Source: Bacteroidales bacterium
Lineage (GTDB): Bacteria > Bacteroidota > Bacteroidia > Bacteroidales > GCA-2748055
Length of the DNA stretch: 59,828 nucleotides
Assembly: GCA_040880545.1 (NCBI GenBank)
Contig: JBBDIE010000194.1
Location: 236 to 60,063 of the forward strand
Direction: 5' to 3'
Positions within the stretch are counted from its first letter, which is position 1, and every line of letters starts with the position of its first letter. Made by a program: the position numbers and the translations under genes. Below, piece by piece: positions 59,818-59,828 of this stretch. The notes below the pieces were generated by a model. It made no database searches and was not told where the DNA came from. It saw only the letters and a program-made list of their open reading frames with translations.

Positions 59818-59828
59818 ATAATTAGTTA

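Overview
This 59.8-kb window looks like a Bacteroidota chromosomal segment. The evidence is a SusC/SusD pair, lipoprotein signal peptides, TAnnTTTG-type promoter boxes and little Shine-Dalgarno signal. I saw no transposase, integrase, CRISPR array or rRNA.

Gene content:
- Housekeeping: tRNA-Pro, acs, asnA, recA, bcp, miaA, smpB, clpS, and a nfeD-floA flotillin pair.
- Transport and salvage: an RND efflux operon with TolC, an ABC-2 exporter, a macro-pncB-pncA NAD salvage operon, and a fluoride riboswitch-crcB-DUF190 unit.
- Glycan utilisation: an interrupted sialate O-acetylesterase with an AGE-family epimerase, an uncharacterised 750-aa GH-like protein, an esterase-GH31-GH2 operon, and a SusC/SusD/lipoprotein locus.

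Observations most worth follow-up:
1. A 1.2-kb ORF-free spacer upstream of susC has coding-like GC. It carries its own promoter-like box and an intrinsic terminator, so it may be a ~0.5-kb structured RNA or an attenuating leader.
2. A LytTR response regulator sits next to three tandem LytS-type kinase paralogs: one canonical, one with degenerate catalytic motifs, and one without a sensor domain. They lie beside the SusC/D locus.
3. An atypical thioredoxin is paired with a thioredoxin-reductase homolog that lacks the NADPH-binding HRRxxxR motif. A perfect TGTGA-N6-TCACA (Crp/Fnr-type) site lies nearby.
4. Premature in-frame stop codons interrupt the sialate O-acetylesterase and an EF-hand ORF.
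5. A short repeat family is dispersed over at least four intergenic loci.

Limits: all protein calls come from reading the supplied translations and remembered family motifs. No database or covariance search was run, so family names are provisional and RNA candidates are unverified.
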